Below, piece by piece: positions 34,091 through 36,228 of a stretch of 36,228 nt of DNA. Made by a program: the position numbers and the translations under genes. The notes under the pieces were generated by a model. The model made no database searches. It was not told the origin of the DNA and saw nothing but the letters and a program-made list of their open reading frames with translations. Where the stretch lies: positions 1 to 36,228 of the IMG/VR virus record IMGVR_UViG_3300022670_000109, one strand, 5' to 3'. The DNA comes from a virus (lineage: Duplodnaviria; Caudoviricetes). The stretch's first letter is position 1, and each line of letters opens with the position of its first letter.

Positions 34091-35880
34091 TGGTTGATCA
34101 ATCTACATTAGCACGACAAGAGCTTGCAAGGCGTGAACTTGCTAGACGCGCTACTGTGCAGCAACCAATTGACCCAACAGGCGCGGGTATTCCTACCCAG
34201 TTTGCTACGGGTGTTCAAGTACCGCAATTACAAAGACAACAAGAACAATTATTAAGAGAGGGGCCAGACGCCCTAAGCCGTGTCGGCGCAGCTTTTACAG
34301 AACCATTTAAACAAACAGATTTTGGCTTATCTCAGGAAACTATTGATAAATTCAAAACCCCTGGCGGTGTATTTAATACATTCAATCAGGTAATTCTTGA
34401 ACAGGGGGTTTCTCCCGCCGTTGCTTTATTGGAAGCGGTGGGCGCTACTTCAGACGCTGCTATTGATGCATTCGCCCAAGTTATGAGGGAACAGGGAACA
34501 ACAAAAACAGACGCCGAAAGCTTCAAGCGTGATGCTAAAGGGCTGTTAATGATTGGCGGGTTATTCGCTGGTAGACCATCAGCAGCGCCACGAACCGCTG
34601 CAAGGCGCGGCACTACACAGGCTGAAGAAGTTATAGAAGCGGGGCAACGCGCAGACGTTCCAGTGTTAACAAGTGATGTACTACCCCCGACCACATTTGC
34701 AGGGCGTATAGCCCAAAGCACAGCCGAAAAAATACCTGTAATAGGAACGGGACAAGTTAGGTCTGCACAACAAGTAAGCAGACAAGGAGCTATAAGTGAT
34801 TTGGCGCGTGAGTTTGGCGCGGATTTAGATACAGCCTTTGATGCACAGATTATTAAATCATTGGGAGAGGTAAAGAACGCCAATCAAGCAAAGGCAGTAG
34901 GGTTTAGAAATGCAGCCATTGATAAACTAAAGCCTTTCGGTAACGTTGATGTCCCTCTATCTTTGAAGGCAATAGATGACCAGATTATTAAAGCAGAATC
35001 ATTAAGAGAATTAGCTGATCCCCGTGTAATAGAAAACCTTAGGCAAGTCAGAAAAGCTATTATTGATGGTGATTTTGAGCATGTAAAGAATATTAGAACA
35101 GAAGTAATAAGCGACATTAAAGCCCTCCAAAAAGGTGACTTTACCGTATTGCCTAGCAAAGCTGAAGCAGGATTACAGCGGGTGAAGTCATCTATAGACA
35201 AAGATATGTTACAGTTCGCGCAAAGTAATGACCGCAAAGCGGCGGCTGATTGGGTAAGATCAAATCGTTTATTCGCTGATGAGTTTACTAAATTTAAGGA
35301 CAGTGAATTAAAACGCTTAATTTCTAAAGGTGACTTAACGCCTGAAGTAGCCAATACTGTTATTTTTGGTGGTAAGAGTAGCGAGTTAAATCGACTGTTT
35401 AACAACCTTGATAAAGTAGGTCGTTCTAATGTTCGTGGGGCTATTATTCAAAGAGCTTTGCAGAAGTCAGGTTTCCCAGACGATATTAACCCTAATAATT
35501 TCTTGAGGGCTTTAAATCAAGAAAGCACACGTAAGGCAACTAAGACATTTTTTAGAGGGCCAGATGATAAGGCTTTAAGGGGGTTTAAGAAGCTACTAGA
35601 AGCCACTAAGCGCGCCCAAGATGCGTCAGTAGCCACGCCAACAGGTCAACAGTTATTACCTTTTGCGGCAGGTGGCGCTGCTATTGCAAGCCCTATCGCT
35701 ACATTAGGCAGTTTAGGAACGGTGAGCGCAGCGGCTAGAATATATGAAAGCGCAGCGTTTAGAAATTCATTATTGAAAATGGCTAATTTAAAAACAGGCA
35801 CTAAAGCCTTTTCTAAAGAAGTAGCTAAAATATCATTAGTAATTAACTCAGCAGTTCAAGCAGAAAAAAGGCAAGAATAA
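34090..35880 (+). CDS. DNA ejection protein (gp16-like)
   Basis: TSDV.PP.T...EKIP..GT...R..QQ..R, G..TPE, AR.YES...RN.LL. Confidence 0.75.
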   Translation: MVDQSTLARQELARRELARRATVQQPIDPTGAGIPTQFATGVQVPQLQRQQEQLLREGPDALSRVGAAFTEPFKQTDFGLSQETIDKFKTPGGVFNTFNQVILEQGVSPAVALLEAVGATSDAAIDAFAQVMREQGTTKTDAESFKRDAKGLLMIGGLFAGRPSAAPRTAARRGTTQAEEVIEAGQRADVPVLTSDVLPPTTFAGRIAQSTAEKIPVIGTGQVRSAQQVSRQGAISDLAREFGADLDTAFDAQIIKSLGEVKNANQAKAVGFRNAAIDKLKPFGNVDVPLSLKAIDDQIIKAESLRELADPRVIENLRQVRKAIIDGDFEHVKNIRTEVISDIKALQKGDFTVLPSKAEAGLQRVKSSIDKDMLQFAQSNDRKAAADWVRSNRLFADEFTKFKDSELKRLISKGDLTPEVANTVIFGGKSSELNRLFNNLDKVGRSNVRGAIIQRALQKSGFPDDINPNNFLRALNQESTRKATKTFFRGPDDKALRGFKKLLEATKRAQDASVATPTGQQLLPFAAGGAAIASPIATLGSLGTVSAAARIYESAAFRNSLLKMANLKTGTKAFSKEVAKISLVINSAVQAEKRQE

Positions 35881-36228
35881 TGGCAGCAAGATTAATACCA
35901 GCATATCAGACGTTTCATAGCTCTAACGGTGTTTCTCCGTTAAACGGTGGCAAGTTAAAGTTTTTTGTAGCAGGAACCGTAGACACGAATAAAGACACGT
36001 TTTCTGATAACACGCTTTTGGTGACTAATCCTAATCCTATTGTCCTTGATAGTTCGGGCCGCATCCCTAACACCGTGATTGATGTTTGGGGCGATGGTAA
36101 TTATGACCTTGTGGTAGCAAATAGTTCAGACGTAGAAATAACTCGCTTCGATAATGTTAGCGGTAGTATTTTTCAGCAAGCGGTGGTAACTATCGCGGCA
36201 CTTACAGCATTATTAAAAACTAATCTTA
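35880..36228 (+). CDS. Tailspike N-terminal head-binding domain (3'-truncated)
   Basis: MAARLIPAYQTF..NG.PLNGGKL.FF.AGT...NPNPIVLDSSGR; open to the window end. Confidence 0.8.
   Translation, partial: MAARLIPAYQTFHSSNGVSPLNGGKLKFFVAGTVDTNKDTFSDNTLLVTNPNPIVLDSSGRIPNTVIDVWGDGNYDLVVANSSDVEITRFDNVSGSIFQQAVVTIAALTALLKTNL

Noticed and set aside
19506-35405. Numerous antisense and alternative-frame ORFs over structural genes (e.g. 20462-20782, 29688-30260, 34386-35405)
   Set aside because: Shadow ORFs of well-supported genes, with no recognisable motifs.
1-36228. Diversity-generating retroelement or invertible tail-fibre shufflon
   Set aside because: No reverse transcriptase seen; the repeats flank small accessory genes in direct orientation within each arm, not fibre segments.

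Overview
This window looks like a nearly complete, circularly permuted genome of a P22-like (podovirus-type) tailed phage. The tailspike gene is split between the two window ends. Recognisable modules are: tailspike and holin-like genes; ERF/YqaJ recombination; RusA; an MT-A70 methylase; a minimal replication pair; a GH108 endolysin; an extra fibre-like module; and TerS/TerL, portal, scaffold, P22-type coat, gp4/gp10/gp26-like tail genes and ejection proteins. The most striking feature is at ~3.9-10.1 kb: two divergent arrays of short accessory genes flank a gene for a degenerate serine-resolvase-fold/HTH protein. Most gene junctions carry a conserved DNA site (15 copies of ACYWNACGTT-type on the - arm, 6 copies of ACTWWACGCCC-type on the + arm). 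On the - arm the site is always in the same reading frame inside the 3' end of the upstream gene, so its stop codon comes from the next unit. Left and right flanks of the site assort independently. Together this suggests an undescribed integron-like gene-cassette system in a phage (inference). Other oddities: an in-frame TGA in the gp10-like gene, a probable ATC start codon, a structured non-coding region upstream of a truncated replication initiator, overlapping ORFs and apparent leaderless genes. All family assignments come from motif recognition by eye, not from database searches.
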